Origin: Longimicrobiales bacterium
GTDB lineage: Bacteria > Gemmatimonadota > Gemmatimonadetes > Longimicrobiales > Gaopeijiaceae
Length of the DNA stretch: 64,000 bases
NCBI GenBank assembly: GCA_965203485.1
Contig: OZ241892.1
Span: forward strand, 2,176,001-2,240,000
Direction of reading: 5' to 3'
A program made the translations under genes and the position numbers. Below are positions 9,949-21,829 of this stretch, one piece after another (positions within the stretch are counted from its first letter, which is position 1; the number at the start of each line of letters is the position of its first letter). The notes beneath the pieces were generated by a model. It searched no databases. It was not told the DNA's origin and was given only the letters and a program-made list of their open reading frames with translations.

Positions 9949-12069
9949 CTAGCGGACCGGCGTCCCGGACGCATCCTTCAGGGCCGAAGCCAAGGCTTCG
10001 GGCGACGAGACCGGCTCTTGGCAGGCCGCCCCGACGCACACGAACGCCCGGCCGGACTGCTCCAGGCGACCCTGCATGGCCGGCAACGCCGCGACGGCCG
10101 GGCAGGCTGGATCGCCCCCGGCCACGATGCGGTTGGGATGGGCATGGCGGTGGGCGACGGACAGCATGGCCGCGATGCCGTCTTGCGGGCCGGCGGCATC
10201 TTGGACGGGCCGGTCGGCGGGGGCGGGCGGCGCCGAACCCGGCAACGCGCCCACGAGCACGATCTCCAGCGGCGCCGTCCTTGCCGTCAGGGCCGCCGCC
10301 AACAGGCGCCCGGCGCCCAGCGGGTGGCGTTCCATGGCACCGGCCTCGCGGAGGACGACGGCTTCCGCCACCGCTTGGTGCTCGTCGTTGCCCGCCAACC
10401 GGGCCGAGCGCGCCGCGAGTTCGGTCGCCAGGGAGTTTCCGGAGGGCGCTGCGTTGTCCATGATGTCGCGCGGGCGGACGATCAGCCGCTCGCCGTCGCG
10501 CGGAACGTCCCAGAACATCGAGCCGGCGGCGTCCCAGAAGCGGGCGACGGTCGCGGCGGCGAGCCGCAGGCCCTCCTCCAGCCAGCGCGCCTCCAGTGTG
10601 GCTTCGTGGAGCGACAGGCAGGCGTTCCCGACGGCAGCGTAGTCCTCCAGGAAGCCCTCCACGTGCGCCCGGCCCGCGGTCCAGACGCGAAGCAACCGAC
10701 CGTCGCGCCGCAACGCGGCCAGCAGGCTGTCGGCGGCCTCCGCGGCGGCCTCCGTGTAGTCCGGCCGCCCAAGCGCCGGGCCCGCCTCGGCCAGCGCCCG
10801 GATGGCCAGCCCGTTCCAGCCGGCCAGCGCCTTCTCGTCGCGAAGGGGCGCCTCGCGTCCAGCGCGCCGCGCCTTGAGCACCGCCAGCGACTCGCGCATC
10901 CGCCGCCGCAGGTCCTCTTGGGCCAACCCCTCGCGCCCGGCCGCCGCTTCGATTCCGTGCGGCAAGTGCAGGATGTTGCGTCCCTCGAAGTTGCCGGCAT
11001 CGCTCACGTCGTAGACGCGCCCGAACAAGTCCGCGTCCTCCTGGCCCAGGCAGTCCGCCACCTCGTCCGGAGTCCACACGTAGAAGGCGCCTTCCCGGCC
11101 CTCCGAGTCCGCGTCCCGCGCCGAATAGAAGACCCCGTCCGGCGAACGCAGGTCCTCGAGCACGTAGTCCAGCGTTTCCTCGGCCACGGCGGCCGCGCCC
11201 GGCGCACCCAGCACGTGGGCCCGCACCAACGCGCTCGCGATCAGCGCATTGTCGTAGAGCATCTTCTCGAAGTGCGGCACCCGCCAGCGCGCGTCGACGG
11301 CGTAGCGGTGGAATCCTCCGCCCGCGTGGTCGCGGATGCCTCCGGCGGCCATCCGGGCCAGCGTGTGGACGGCCATCGCGGGACCTCGCGCCTCGGGGCC
11401 GTCCCCCGTCCGCAACAAGAATTCCAGGAACATGGGCTGCGGGAACTTGGGCGCGCCGCCGAACCCGCCGTGCGCCGCATCGAACGCCCTCTCCGCCGCC
11501 GCCACGGCCCCGTCGAAGAGCGGGGACGCGTCCTCCTCGTAGCGGCCCGCCGCCGGTCGCGCCAGCGTCGTGCTCGCCGCGAGCGCCGCCTTGATGCGGT
11601 CGCCCGCCCGCGCCACCTCGCCGCGCCGGGTCGCGTACGCCTCGGCCGCCGCCGAGAGCACCTGGCGAAAAGACGGCATCCCGTGACGCGGAACCGGGGG
11701 GAAGTAGGTGCCTCCGTAGTACGGAGCCCCATCAGGCGTGAGGAAGACCGTGAGCGGCCATCCCCCCTGCCCCGTCATGGCCTGGACCGCCGCCATGTAC
11801 ACCGAGTCCAGGTCGGGCCGCTCCTCGCGGTCGAGCTTGACGTTCACGAAGGCCTGATTCATCAGGCGCGCCGTCCGCTCGTCCTCGAACGACTCGCGCT
11901 CCATGACGTGGCACCAGTGGCAGGCCGAGTACCCGACCGAAAGCAGGATGGGCCGGTCGAGCTTCTTGGCGCGGCCGAGAGCCTCGTCGCACCAGGGATA
12001 CCAGTCCACCGGATTGTGCGCGTGCTGGAGCAGATAGGGACTGGTCTCGGCGGCAAGGCGGTTGGTCAC
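9949..12069 (-). CDS. Thioredoxin-domain protein YyaL/SPATA20 family
   Basis: [63 protein letters not shown] start overlaps the upstream TGA. Confidence 0.93.
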   Translation of the reverse strand: MTNRLAAETSPYLLQHAHNPVDWYPWCDEALGRAKKLDRPILLSVGYSACHWCHVMERESFEDERTARLMNQAFVNVKLDREERPDLDSVYMAAVQAMTGQGGWPLTVFLTPDGAPYYGGTYFPPVPRHGMPSFRQVLSAAAEAYATRRGEVARAGDRIKAALAASTTLARPAAGRYEEDASPLFDGAVAAAERAFDAAHGGFGGAPKFPQPMFLEFLLRTGDGPEARGPAMAVHTLARMAAGGIRDHAGGGFHRYAVDARWRVPHFEKMLYDNALIASALVRAHVLGAPGAAAVAEETLDYVLEDLRSPDGVFYSARDADSEGREGAFYVWTPDEVADCLGQEDADLFGRVYDVSDAGNFEGRNILHLPHGIEAAAGREGLAQEDLRRRMRESLAVLKARRAGREAPLRDEKALAGWNGLAIRALAEAGPALGRPDYTEAAAEAADSLLAALRRDGRLLRVWTAGRAHVEGFLEDYAAVGNACLSLHEATLEARWLEEGLRLAAATVARFWDAAGSMFWDVPRDGERLIVRPRDIMDNAAPSGNSLATELAARSARLAGNDEHQAVAEAVVLREAGAMERHPLGAGRLLAAALTARTAPLEIVLVGALPGSAPPAPADRPVQDAAGPQDGIAAMLSVAHRHAHPNRIVAGGDPACPAVAALPAMQGRLEQSGRAFVCVGAACQEPVSSPEALASALKDASGTPVR

Positions 12070-12930
12070 GGGGACGCCGTCCATTCTCCCTCCCAAAGCC
12101 CGGCCGCGAACTCGCCGGCGGGAACGATCTCGATGCCGTCCGGGGTGCGCCGGCGGCGAGGCTCGCAACACACCGCGATGCAGTGCCGCACCGAAGGGTG
12201 GTCCTTCGCCAAGCTCCTCAGCCCCTTGAGATGCTCCCTAGTGACGTTCCGGCTGGACTTGGCCTCCAGCGCGACCTCCATGTCGCCTACCACGAAGTCC
12301 ACTTCCGTGCCTCCGGCCAGCCGCCAGTAGGACAGTCCGGCCTCGATCCCCATGTAGCGCAGATGGGCGGACAATTCGTGGAACACCCAGTTTTCGAACG
12401 CCTTGCCGTAGGCCGCGGAGCCGGACAGGACCTGCCCCCGTCGGGCCAGCCGGTTGACCACGCCCACGTCGGCGAAGCAGACTTGGGTGCGTGGACGACC
12501 CGGCGCTTCGCGCGCTTGCGGTAGGCCGGCAACCACCTTCCCAGCAACGTGTCCTCGAGCACTTCGAAGTGGCTCCTTGCGGTGTGGCCGGAAACGCCGC
12601 ACTCGCGCGCGACGTTGGCGAAGTTGACCATTTCGCCGTCGCGGAACGCCGCGGCCGTCAGGAAGTTGGAACCTTCTGGATTTCGTCGACGACGATCTGT
12701 CCGGGCGGGCGGGTCTCGCCGGACGTCTCGGCCTCGAGTTCCTGGCGAAGCAGCTCCGGGCGCGCGGCGTAGCGGTGGAAGTGATCGGCCTTGAGCAAGT
12801 CGATCCAGCGGGCGCCGGGGTACGATTCCCGCAACAGCGTGCTCTTGCCGGTTTGCCGGGGTCCCCACAAGAAGAAGGTCTCGGTTCCGGCAGGCGGAAG
12901 GGACAATGCTTTTTGGAATCGAGACTTCAT
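12066..12930 (-). pseudogene. AAA_14/DUF4143 ATPase, internally deleted and frameshifted
   Basis: Three frames: GPRQTGKST...VVDEIQKVP, then NFANVARECGVS...LEDTLLG...RVVHAPK, then FADVG...FENWV...YWR...EVDFVV...ALEAK. The middle of the AAA domain is missing near 12668 and there is a frameshift near 12480. Confidence 0.85.
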
Positions 12931-12963
12931 CCTGTCATGATAACGTGAAGTGGCGGTTCACGT
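12931..12963 (-). promoter_or_regulatory. -10-like TATCAT just before ATG 12930, plus inverted repeat ACGTGAA/TTCACGT (possible operator)
   Basis: Minus strand reads CACGTTATCATGACAGGATG; IR arms at 12943-12949 and 12957-12963. Confidence 0.35.
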
Positions 12964-13040
12964 ATGGTGCTGCTCCGGCGTCGGCTCCGGCGACGACCCG
13001 GCGTTATCCCAAGCTGGGCCCTTGCGCGTAACTTGCGAAG

Positions 13041-13847
13041 ATGACTGGTCGGCTCCTGCTCGCGGCGCTGCGGCGTCCGTGGATCGTCCCCGCGATGGTC
13101 TCGGCGGCCTGGGCGTTTCGCGCGCGCGGCTGGCACCAGCGGCCTCCCTTCCTCCCCCTGCCCTCGACGGACTACATGCGCTGGCGCATGGAGACGGCCT
13201 ACGGGGACCCCGCCGCGACGCCGCCCGTGGACGACATCGCCGACTTCGTGCGATGGTCAGCCCGGATGCGCCGGCGCATGACCGGCCGCTCGGCGGCGGC
13301 CACGTGGGCGAAGGCCGCGGGCGTGCTGGGGCTCGCCGCGTTCGCCGTGTGGGCCAACGTCTACGGCCCCGAGCAGGAACGAGTAAGGGAGATCGTCGCC
13401 GGCGGCGGCTACGCGGGGTTGCTGGGCGCGTCCGTGCTCAGTGGGTTCAACGTGATCGCCGCGGTGCCCGTGGTGTGGTTCTTCCCCTTGCTCATGGAGG
13501 CCGGCTTCGAGCCCGTCCCCACGCTCGCGACCATCGCGCTGGGAATGACGGGGGGCGACCTGCTGGGCTACGCCGTCGGCACCGCGTCGCGCGACGTCTT
13601 CAAGGCCCGGATGATTGGATTCCACTGGCGGGTGGAACGCCTGCGCGCTCGTCATCCGGTGTTGCCGCTGGCGCTCGTCTTCGTCTATGCGGGCTTCGTG
13701 CCGGCTCCGAACGAGCTGGTGGTCGTTCCCTTGGCGTACTTTCGCTATCCGGCGCTGGGCATCATGACGGCGGTGTTCTTCGGCAACGTCGTCTTCAACG
13801 CGTGGATGGCCTTCGGCGTGGGGCGGATCTTCGGAGCGGGCGGTTGA
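13041..13847 (+). CDS. Membrane protein, apparently a small N-terminal domain fused to a DedA/VTT-like domain
   Basis: N-part ...PPFLPLPSTDYMRWRMETAYGD...; C-part GMTGGDLLGYAVG...FVPAPNELVVVPLA. Confidence 0.6.
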   Translation: MTGRLLLAALRRPWIVPAMVSAAWAFRARGWHQRPPFLPLPSTDYMRWRMETAYGDPAATPPVDDIADFVRWSARMRRRMTGRSAAATWAKAAGVLGLAAFAVWANVYGPEQERVREIVAGGGYAGLLGASVLSGFNVIAAVPVVWFFPLLMEAGFEPVPTLATIALGMTGGDLLGYAVGTASRDVFKARMIGFHWRVERLRARHPVLPLALVFVYAGFVPAPNELVVVPLAYFRYPALGIMTAVFFGNVVFNAWMAFGVGRIFGAGG

Positions 13848-14479
13848 CGGGCGACGGCGGGCCCAGGAGGCCGCGGCCGCCGATCGCGGGACTGACGGGC
13901 AACGTCGCGGCCGGCAAGTCCACGGTAGCGCAGATGTGGCGGCGGGCGGGAGTGCCGGTCGCGTCGGCGGACGAGTTCGCGCGCGAGGCCGTGGCGCCGG
14001 GATCGGCCGCGCTGGCCCGAGTCGAGGAACTGTTCGGCTCGCAGGTGGTCCGGGCAGACGGGAAGATGGACCGGGGGGCGGTGCGCCGGATCGTGTTCGC
14101 GGACCCCGGCGCCAAGCGGACGCTGGAGGCCGTGGTTCATCCGGTGGTTGGGAGGCTTCGGGACGCGTGGACCGAGGCCCAACAGGCGCGAGGAGCGAAA
14201 TTCGTGGTCTGGGAGGTACCGTTGCTGTATGAAACGGGGATGGACGCCGAAGTGGACCTGGTCGTCTTCGTGGACGCGCCTGCGCGCGTGCGGCGGAAGC
14301 GCGTCATGGAGACCCGCGGCCTGCCGCGCGAAGAGGCGGAGGCGGTGATGGCGGCTCAGGCGCCTGCGCCGACCAAGCGCCGGAGGGCCGACATCGTGGT
14401 GGACAACGGCGGCAGCCGCGAGGCGCTGGCCGAGCGGGCGGCGGAAGCGCTCGACGCGTTGCGGCGCAGGCTTCGATGA
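13844..14479 (+). CDS. coaE: Dephospho-CoA kinase
   Basis: AGLTGNVAAGKSTV, LEAVVHP, EVPLLYE, ADIVVDNGG; TTG start overlaps the upstream TGA. Confidence 0.92.
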   Translation: MTGDGGPRRPRPPIAGLTGNVAAGKSTVAQMWRRAGVPVASADEFAREAVAPGSAALARVEELFGSQVVRADGKMDRGAVRRIVFADPGAKRTLEAVVHPVVGRLRDAWTEAQQARGAKFVVWEVPLLYETGMDAEVDLVVFVDAPARVRRKRVMETRGLPREEAEAVMAAQAPAPTKRRRADIVVDNGGSREALAERAAEALDALRRRLR

Positions 14480-15486
14480 CGGGCACGGACGAAGCGCTCG
14501 ACGCGCTGTCAGGGGCCTCGCGGATCGTGCTCTCCACGCATCACAACGCGGACGGCGACGGGGCCGGGTCCGAGGCGGCCCTCGCCGCCCATCTCGCCCA
14601 ACGCGGCAAGCATGTTCGCATCGTCAACCCGACTCCCTTTCCCGAGCCGTTCGCCTTCCTCCTGGACGACGCTTCGCGAGCGTTGCCCGTGGACGGGCCG
14701 GATGCCGCAGCCGTCTGCCGCGAGGCGGATCTCGCCGTGGTCTTGGACACGTCGGACGTCAAGCGCATCGGCCCCGTGCACGCGCTGGTCCGCCACCTTC
14801 GGACGGTCGTGATCGACCATCACCCCGCCGGGCCGAACGACATCTCCGGCATCGTGATCCGCGACACCGAAGCCGCCGCCACGGGCGAAATCGTCTTCCG
14901 GATGCTGGAGCAGGCTGGCGCCTCGTGGACGCCGCAGATGGCCGCCGCCCTCTACACGGCCGTGCTCACCGACACGGGCGGCTTCCGCTTCTCGAACGTC
15001 ACGCCGCGCTGCCTTCGCACGGCCGCCCGTCTGGTCGAGCTGGGCGCGGCGCCGCACGAGCTTCACCGCAGGGCGTACGGCAGCTTCCGGCGGCGGCGCT
15101 TCGCGCTGCTGCAAGAGTCTCTGGCCACCCTGGAGGTGCACGAATCGGGAAGGGTCGCATGGATGCTCGTGCCGGGCGACGCCTACGGCCGAACGAACGC
15201 GGCGGTGGACGACCTCGAGGGCTTCGTGGACGTGCCTCGGAGCCTCCGCGGCGTGGAGGTCGCGCTCCTCTTCCGCGTGGCCAAGGACGGGCAGACCAAG
15301 GTGTCCTTGCGCTCCGGCGCTTCCGTGGACGTGAACCGGCTGGCGGCCGCGTTCGGCGGCGGCGGCCACCCGCGCGCGGCGGGAGCGCTGCTTCCGGGAC
15401 CGTTCGAAGACGCCGTCCGGCGTGTCGTGGCAACGGTCGCCGCCGCGTTGCCCCCGAAGCCGCCGCGCTTGTCCGAAACTCGCTAG
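14476..15486 (+). CDS. nrnA: DHH/DHHA1 phosphoesterase (NrnA-like oligoribonuclease/PAP phosphatase)
   Basis: HHNADGDGAGS, VIDHH, TDTGGFRF, KVSLRS, GGGGHPRAAG. Confidence 0.88.
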   Translation: MTGTDEALDALSGASRIVLSTHHNADGDGAGSEAALAAHLAQRGKHVRIVNPTPFPEPFAFLLDDASRALPVDGPDAAAVCREADLAVVLDTSDVKRIGPVHALVRHLRTVVIDHHPAGPNDISGIVIRDTEAAATGEIVFRMLEQAGASWTPQMAAALYTAVLTDTGGFRFSNVTPRCLRTAARLVELGAAPHELHRRAYGSFRRRRFALLQESLATLEVHESGRVAWMLVPGDAYGRTNAAVDDLEGFVDVPRSLRGVEVALLFRVAKDGQTKVSLRSGASVDVNRLAAAFGGGGHPRAAGALLPGPFEDAVRRVVATVAAALPPKPPRLSETR

Positions 15487-16719
15487 CTAGCCGTCCGTGC
15501 GGTACAGCGGTTCGCCGAGGTCCAGCTGGGACGCCGCCAGAATCCCGCCGTCCAGATTGGCCACGTCGTCGTATCCTTCGTCGGCCAGGAAAGCGGCCAC
15601 TTCCATGCTGCGGCCGCCGCTGCGGCAGTAGACGACCACGGGGCGGCCGCGCGGGATTTCGTCCAGGCGCCCAGGCACCTCCCGCCGGGGCATCAGGACG
15701 GCGCCCAAGTGCGCGAGATTGGCCTCCTCCCACTCGAAGGGCTCCCGCACGTCCAGCAGAAACGGCGCCGGACGGGCGGCCATCGCGTCGGACAGCCCGT
15801 CCGGCGGCAGTTGCCGGATTCGCGGATCCGGCCCCGGCGTCCCGCAGAAGGCGTCGTAGTCCACCAAGCCGGTCTGCGTGGGGGAGTCGCCGCACAGCCG
15901 ACAGTCCCGATTGCGCCGGACCTCGACTTCGCGCCACCGAAAGGCCAAGGCGTCGAAGACGTGGAGGCGTCCCGCGAGAGGCTCGCCCACGCCCAGCGCC
16001 AGCTTGATCGCTTCGAGCGCCTGGGCCGCGCCGATCACCCCCGGCAACGCGCCGAAGACCCCGGCCTCGGCGCAGTTGGGCACCAGTCCGGGCGGGGGCG
16101 GCTCCCGGAACAGGCACCGGTAGCACGGGCCGCCAGCGGCCCCGAAGACCGAGACCTGTCCTTCCCAGCGATGGACCGCGCCGTAGACGTTGGGAACGCC
16201 CGACAGCACGGAGGCGTCGTTGACCAGGTAGCGGGCGGGGAAGTTGTCGGTGCCGTCCACGACCACGTCGTAGCCGACGAAGAGGTCCATGGCGTTCGCC
16301 GCGGTCAGCCGCGTTTGGTGCGGTTTCACTTCGACGCGCGGGTTGACCGCGGCCAGCCGCTGGCGGCCCGACAGCACTTTCGGCACGCCCAAGGCGCTCG
16401 TGTCGTGGAGGATCTGGCGCTGCAGGTTGGTCAGGTCCACCACGTCCGGGTCCACCAAGCCCAGGACGCCGACCCCGGCCGCCGCCAGGTAGAGCCCAGC
16501 GGGCGAACCCAGCCCTCCTGCGCCCACGAGCAGCACGCGCGCAGCCTTGAGGCGCTCCTGTCCGTCGCTGCCCACCTCCGGGAGCGCCAGGTGGCGGGCG
16601 TAGCGGGTTCGCTCCTCGGCGTCCAGAGCGCTTCGCAAAGCGGCGCATCGGGCCGGGGGCTGAGCATCCGAAACCGGTGGGGCGGCCCGGCTCGGCGGGT
16701 TTGCGGCGCTGGCGCTCAT
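15487..16719 (-). CDS. moeB: Molybdopterin-synthase adenylyltransferase with rhodanese domain (MoeB/MoeZ)
   Basis: RYARHL, GAGGLGSP, NLQRQ, DGTDNFPARY, CYRC, CAEAGV; C-terminal LDVRE...YCRSGGRS. Confidence 0.92.
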   Translation of the reverse strand: MSASAANPPSRAAPPVSDAQPPARCAALRSALDAEERTRYARHLALPEVGSDGQERLKAARVLLVGAGGLGSPAGLYLAAAGVGVLGLVDPDVVDLTNLQRQILHDTSALGVPKVLSGRQRLAAVNPRVEVKPHQTRLTAANAMDLFVGYDVVVDGTDNFPARYLVNDASVLSGVPNVYGAVHRWEGQVSVFGAAGGPCYRCLFREPPPPGLVPNCAEAGVFGALPGVIGAAQALEAIKLALGVGEPLAGRLHVFDALAFRWREVEVRRNRDCRLCGDSPTQTGLVDYDAFCGTPGPDPRIRQLPPDGLSDAMAARPAPFLLDVREPFEWEEANLAHLGAVLMPRREVPGRLDEIPRGRPVVVYCRSGGRSMEVAAFLADEGYDDVANLDGGILAASQLDLGEPLYRTDG

Positions 16720-16731
16720 CTTGATCGCAAC

Positions 16732-18603
16732 CTACTCGTGGGCGCGCAGCACTGCGAGGAAGTCCTCTCCGTAGCGAGCCAGCTTCTTTTCTCCCACTCC
16801 GGTGATGCCGGCGAATTCGGCCAGCGTCCGGGGACGGCGTTCCGCCATCTCGCGCAGGCTGGCGTCGTGAAAGATGACGTACGGCGGCACGCGCTGCTCC
16901 GCAGCCAGTTCGGTTCGGCGCTTCCGCAAGGCTTCCCACAGGGCGCCGTCGCCCGCACCGGCCCCTGCGGTCGCGTCCAAGCCGGCGGACGGCCCCCCGC
17001 CAACCCCCGCAACCGCTCCGGGGCGCGCGGCGGACCGCGTGCGGGGCCGACGGGCGGGCGCAAGGTTGTCGCGCCGCATCAGCACTTCGGTCTCGCCGCG
17101 CAGAACCGACCGGCTGGCCGCCGTCAGGCTCAGCGAACCGTAGCCCTCCATGTCCACTGCAAGCAACCCGCGCGCGACCAGTTGCCGCACGACCGAGCGC
17201 CATTCCCGGGCGCCCATGTCGCTCCCCACGCCGAACGTCGGAATGCGGTCGTGGCCGAATCTGCGTATCCGCTCGCTGCCGGCGCCGCGCAGCACGTCGA
17301 TCAGATAGGCGGCGCCGAACCGCTCGCCCGTTCTGGAGACGCAGGACAGCGCCTTCTGGGCGGCCTCGGTGGCGTCCCACGACTCCACGGGGACGAGGCA
17401 GTTGTCGCAGTTGCCGCACGGCTCCTCGAGCGACTCGCCGAAGTAGGCCAGCAACGTACGGCGCCGGCAGGTCGCGAGCTCGCAGTAGCCCAACAGCGCG
17501 TCCAGCTTGCGCACTTCGAGGCGCTTTCGCTCCCGGCCGGCGTCGGAGCCCTCGACCATTTGGCGCAACATCACGACGTCCTGCAACCCGTACGTCATCC
17601 ATGCGTCGGCCGGCTCGCCGTCCCGTCCCGCCCGTCCCGTCTCCTGATAATAGGCTTCGATGCTCTTGGGCAGATCGAGGTGGGCCACGAAGCGCACGTC
17701 GGGCTTGTCCACGCCCATGCCGAACGCGATGGTCGCGACCATTACCACGCCGTCGCCCTTGGCGAAGCGGTCCTGGTGGCGGCGGCGGACCTCCGGCGCG
17801 AGCCCCGCGTGGTAGGGGAGCGCATTCACGCCGTGGCCGCGCAACCATTCGGCGGTCTTCTCGACGCGCTTGCGCGACATGCAGTAGACGATGCCCGCAT
17901 GGCCGAGGTGGCGGTCGCCTAGAAAGCGGAGGAGCTGCTGGTGGGCGCTCTGCCGGGGGACGACGGAGTAGCGGATGTTGGGCCGGTCGAAGCCGCTCAC
18001 GAAGACGCGGGCGTCGCGGAGCCGGAGGCGCTGGAGGATTTCTTCGCGGGTGAGCTGGTCGGCCGTGGCCGTGAGCGCGATGCGGGGGACGTCCGGAAAC
18101 CGCTCCTGGAGGACGGCAAGGCGCAGGTACTCGGGCCTGAAGTCGTGGCCCCACTGGGAGACGCAGTGGGCCTCGTCGACCGCAAAGAGCGCCAAGCGGC
18201 TTCGGGCGAGCATGTTCAGCGTGTGTTCGCCGAGCAGTCGTTCCGGCGCCACGTACAGCAGGTCCAGCCTCCCGGCGGCCAGCTCGCTCCGCGCCTGGGC
18301 CGCCTCCTGCCGGGTCAACGAAGAATTGAGGCAGGCGGCCCGCACGCCGACTTGGCGCAGGGCCTCCACTTGGTCGCGCATGAGGGCGATCAGCGGCGAG
18401 ACGACGACGCCCACCCCGTCGCGCACGAGCGCGGGGATCTGGTAGCACAGCGACTTGCCGCCGCCGGTGGGCATCAGCACCAAGCTGTCGCCCCCGGCGA
18501 CGGTGTGCTCGACGACAGCCTCCTGCTGGCCGCGAAAGTCCGCGTATCCGAAGACGCGCTGCAGGGCCGCGCGGTGGGGGGACGGAGAAGGGGGATCGGA
18601 CAT
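16732..18603 (-). CDS. recQ: ATP-dependent DNA helicase RecQ
   Basis: [54 protein letters not shown], Zn-binding CRR/CGNCDNC, HRDC domain. Confidence 0.96.
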   Translation of the reverse strand: MSDPPSPSPHRAALQRVFGYADFRGQQEAVVEHTVAGGDSLVLMPTGGGKSLCYQIPALVRDGVGVVVSPLIALMRDQVEALRQVGVRAACLNSSLTRQEAAQARSELAAGRLDLLYVAPERLLGEHTLNMLARSRLALFAVDEAHCVSQWGHDFRPEYLRLAVLQERFPDVPRIALTATADQLTREEILQRLRLRDARVFVSGFDRPNIRYSVVPRQSAHQQLLRFLGDRHLGHAGIVYCMSRKRVEKTAEWLRGHGVNALPYHAGLAPEVRRRHQDRFAKGDGVVMVATIAFGMGVDKPDVRFVAHLDLPKSIEAYYQETGRAGRDGEPADAWMTYGLQDVVMLRQMVEGSDAGRERKRLEVRKLDALLGYCELATCRRRTLLAYFGESLEEPCGNCDNCLVPVESWDATEAAQKALSCVSRTGERFGAAYLIDVLRGAGSERIRRFGHDRIPTFGVGSDMGAREWRSVVRQLVARGLLAVDMEGYGSLSLTAASRSVLRGETEVLMRRDNLAPARRPRTRSAARPGAVAGVGGGPSAGLDATAGAGAGDGALWEALRKRRTELAAEQRVPPYVIFHDASLREMAERRPRTLAEFAGITGVGEKKLARYGEDFLAVLRAHE

Positions 18604-18692
18604 CGGAGACGGCTCGTCGAACAAAGCCGGCGCCGAAGAAGCGGCCGTCCGGTTCGCGAAACGGGGGCGACCCGGCGCCCGCGGCCCGGAGG

Positions 18693-19088
18693 TCACCGGT
18701 CCCTCCGGCGGGATTCCGCCGCACCCCGGGCAGCGCTCGACACGGCGGCGGCCGCGCCCGCCGCCGTCCCGGCCACGAGAGCAGGAAGAGCTAGCGCGAA
18801 GACGACGACCAAGCCCTTCGGCAATCCCCCGGCCACGCTTCCGATCAGCCCGGCCACGTCCCACACCGGGGCCTCGAGTCCACGCCATAGAAGCAGGAAG
18901 GCCCAGCCAGCCGCTCCCGCCACGGCGCCCCGCGCGGCAACAATCAATGCGCTCGGGGGACCCCTCCGCTTCCGCTTGGCCTCCGCAAGTCCCAACGCGG
19001 CCCCCGCCAGGGGCGCCGCCCCCCAGCCGAAGAGAGGGGTTCCCCCGGCGACGGCGACCGCGGCGACCGCCGCCAGCAGTGCCGTCAC
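18693..19088 (-). CDS. Small hydrophobic membrane protein
   Basis: GTG 19088 overlaps the acylase stop; four hydrophobic segments. Confidence 0.5.
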   Translation of the reverse strand: MTALLAAVAAVAVAGGTPLFGWGAAPLAGAALGLAEAKRKRRGPPSALIVAARGAVAGAAGWAFLLLWRGLEAPVWDVAGLIGSVAGGLPKGLVVVFALALPALVAGTAAGAAAAVSSAARGAAESRRRDR

Positions 19089-21820
19089 CGCGGAGTCGGC
19101 TCCAGGATCAGCTCGGCCCGCACCAGTCCGCGAGCGCGCAGCTCCGCTTCCGTGCGCGGAAAGCGCAGGTTTTCGAGCTCCCCGCGCAACCAGAAGCTCA
19201 GCCGGTCGTCGTATCCGTCGCTCAGCGGATTGCCCGACTGCCCGCCCGGGAACGTCCCCCGCGCCGTCACTTCGTCGCCGAGTTCGACGACCATCCGCCA
19301 ACTCGCCCCGTGCGATCCGCTGGCCGACAGGGGACTCGGCAGTCCGGGGCCGCCAGTCGCCGCCAGGCCCAACCGCGAAAGGCCCGGGACGCGAAGCAGG
19401 TGGTGGATGTTGAAGCGCCGAGCGGCGCTCCACGCCCACCCGCCCCCGTCCTCGGCGCCGTGCTTCGCCCGCGTGCGCGCCAGTCCAGCCGCGAGGGCCC
19501 GTCGCAACAGGGCGTCGCGGTCCTCGGCTTCCGGCGTGGTCCGGTCGTCCCACCATGGGCTCCCGGGCGCCGACGCCAGCGTCCACAGCACGGTCTCGCG
19601 CGGCGTGGCGACCCGGTCGCCGTTCTCGTCGTTCAACTCGTCCCAAAGCAGGCTGTCCAACGCCGCCAGCGTCTCCTCGAACAACGCGGCGCGTTCGTTG
19701 TCCGGCGTGTAGGTTCCGTCCCAGGCGGCCAGCAGGCGGGCCGCCACGGCAAGATCCGCTTGCGTTCGCGGCAGGGCCGCAGGCGCCGACCCGCCGGCGG
19801 CCATCTCCGCGTGCGCGTAGTCCCCCGCGACGGAGGCCGCCGCCGACGGCCCACCTCCGCTCCCCGGCACATGCCCCGCCGCCGCCAGCAGGACGTCTCG
19901 GAAGAGGCGGACGCGAACGCTCGTGGGATGCGTCTGATACGCTTCGAAGTCGGCGGCCCCGTGGCGCTCCCGCGAGCGAAGCAGTTCGTTGATGGTCATC
20001 GCCCGCCACGGGTCCGGCCAATTGGACCCGAAGTAGGCGCCCCCGGTGGTCTCGGGGTCCAGGGGCTGCTGGTTGGCGGACGCCAGATAGCCCTGCCGCG
20101 GATCGACGGCGAGCGGGTAGCGGGTCGCCCGCCCCTGCCAATCGGACCGTCGCGTGGTTCCGTCGCGATAGGCGTCGCCGCGCACGCCTGCCGGGCGAAC
20201 GGGGTAGTGAGCGGCGCTCTGGACGGCGATCCGGCCGCTCCTGTCGGCGACCAGGCCGACCTGCGCGGGAGCTCCCCACGACGACATCGCCTCCAACCAC
20301 TCCCGCGCCGAGCGCGCACGTTGCGCTCGCATCAGCGCGTGCAGCTCGCCGCATTCCTCCAGCACCGTCCAGCGCAACGACGCAGGCCCGTCCCCGAAGT
20401 CCAGAAGCGGCCCCCGGTGCGTGCTGCGCACCGTGTCCACGGCGAGGAGCCGGCCGGCTGGATCCAGGAACGTCTCGATCCGGGCTTCCAGGGGCTCCCA
20501 CCGTCCGTCCAGCAGGTACCGGCGCGGAGATGCGTCGTCGTCGACGCGCTCGAGATACACGTCCATCACGTCGGCGCCCGTGTTGGTGAACGTCCACGCC
20601 ACGTCGCGGTTGAAGCCGATGACGACCGCGGGCACGCCCGCGAGCGTCACCCCGTAGACGTCGAGGTCGCCCGGCGCCACCAAGTGCGCCTCGTACCAGA
20701 TGCTGGGGAGGCTGAGACCGAGATGCGGGTCGCCCGCAAGAATCGCGTGGCCCGACGCCGAGCGGCTTGGCCCGACGGCCCAGCTGTTGCTGCCGGCGCC
20801 TGGGTTGGGGGACTCCAAGGCGGGGCCGGCCGGCGCTGCTTCGGCCGCAGCGCTCGACCCCGGTCCAGGCGGCGGCACGGCATCCTCCGAGAAGCGCGCG
20901 CCGAGGTGCGGAACGACCGGCTCCTGCAAGGGATTGTCGGCCGGAAAGAGGGCGTCCGCGGCATCTTCGCCGACGAGCGATGCCACCCTCGCCCGGCGGA
21001 CTTCGGCCGGGTCGAAGGTCAGCACCCATCCCATGCGCTTGAGGACGTGCAACGAATTCACGGGCTCCCACCGGGTCGGCCGCGCGTCCAGCAGGTGGTA
21101 TTCGAAGGGCCGCTCGGCCGGGGACTTCAGGCGCCCGATCCAGGCGTTCACGCCCTGCGCGTACGCCAGAACGGCATCGTGCGCCGCGCCCGCCGCGAGG
21201 CGCGCATCGTCCGGCGGCGCTCCCGGAGCCGATCGCGCGCCCGGCGGCACGGGCTCGTCCCCAGCCGACATCGCGCCCGGACCGCCTTCATGACCGCCGG
21301 CGCTCCCCGAATTCGGCGTTGCCCCGCACCGGCCCGCCGCCATGGCCTGCATGCCGCGCACCGCCGCGGAACCCAGTCCGAGCCTTCGCGTCTCGCGGTC
21401 GAAGGCCAACGCCGCCGGTCCCACCCACTCGCTCAGCGTGCCGGCGGTGGCTCGCGTCTGCGCCTCCATCTGAAAGAGTCGGTCGCGGGCCACGACGTAC
21501 CCGAGAGCCCGGTGGGCGTCCGCCGCGCTCGACGCGAAGACGTGCGGGACCGAGCGGTCGTCGTAGACCACGCGCACCCCGGCCTCCAATCCGGCGACCA
21601 CGGCGGTGTCCGACGGCGGGAGAACGGCGAACTTGGCCACGTTCCAGACGCCGCCCGCAGGATCGAAGAACGGCCCCAGCGGCGGCAGCGGCCCGAGCGG
21701 GCAACCCGCCAGCGCCAACGCGCCGGCCGAGACCGCGAGCCACGCGGCCAGCTTCACGACCCCCGGCGGCGCATTCTCCCGACCCTGCCGGCGCCACCCA
21801 GCCGCCACGTGCCCCGGCAC
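19085..21820 (-). CDS. Penicillin acylase family (Ntn hydrolase); start may be GTG 21757
   Basis: [48 protein letters not shown]. Confidence 0.92.
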   Translation of the reverse strand: MPGHVAAGWRRQGRENAPPGVVKLAAWLAVSAGALALAGCPLGPLPPLGPFFDPAGGVWNVAKFAVLPPSDTAVVAGLEAGVRVVYDDRSVPHVFASSAADAHRALGYVVARDRLFQMEAQTRATAGTLSEWVGPAALAFDRETRRLGLGSAAVRGMQAMAAGRCGATPNSGSAGGHEGGPGAMSAGDEPVPPGARSAPGAPPDDARLAAGAAHDAVLAYAQGVNAWIGRLKSPAERPFEYHLLDARPTRWEPVNSLHVLKRMGWVLTFDPAEVRRARVASLVGEDAADALFPADNPLQEPVVPHLGARFSEDAVPPPGPGSSAAAEAAPAGPALESPNPGAGSNSWAVGPSRSASGHAILAGDPHLGLSLPSIWYEAHLVAPGDLDVYGVTLAGVPAVVIGFNRDVAWTFTNTGADVMDVYLERVDDDASPRRYLLDGRWEPLEARIETFLDPAGRLLAVDTVRSTHRGPLLDFGDGPASLRWTVLEECGELHALMRAQRARSAREWLEAMSSWGAPAQVGLVADRSGRIAVQSAAHYPVRPAGVRGDAYRDGTTRRSDWQGRATRYPLAVDPRQGYLASANQQPLDPETTGGAYFGSNWPDPWRAMTINELLRSRERHGAADFEAYQTHPTSVRVRLFRDVLLAAAGHVPGSGGGPSAAASVAGDYAHAEMAAGGSAPAALPRTQADLAVAARLLAAWDGTYTPDNERAALFEETLAALDSLLWDELNDENGDRVATPRETVLWTLASAPGSPWWDDRTTPEAEDRDALLRRALAAGLARTRAKHGAEDGGGWAWSAARRFNIHHLLRVPGLSRLGLAATGGPGLPSPLSASGSHGASWRMVVELGDEVTARGTFPGGQSGNPLSDGYDDRLSFWLRGELENLRFPRTEAELRARGLVRAELILEPTPR

Positions 21821-21829
21821 GGACCTCGC

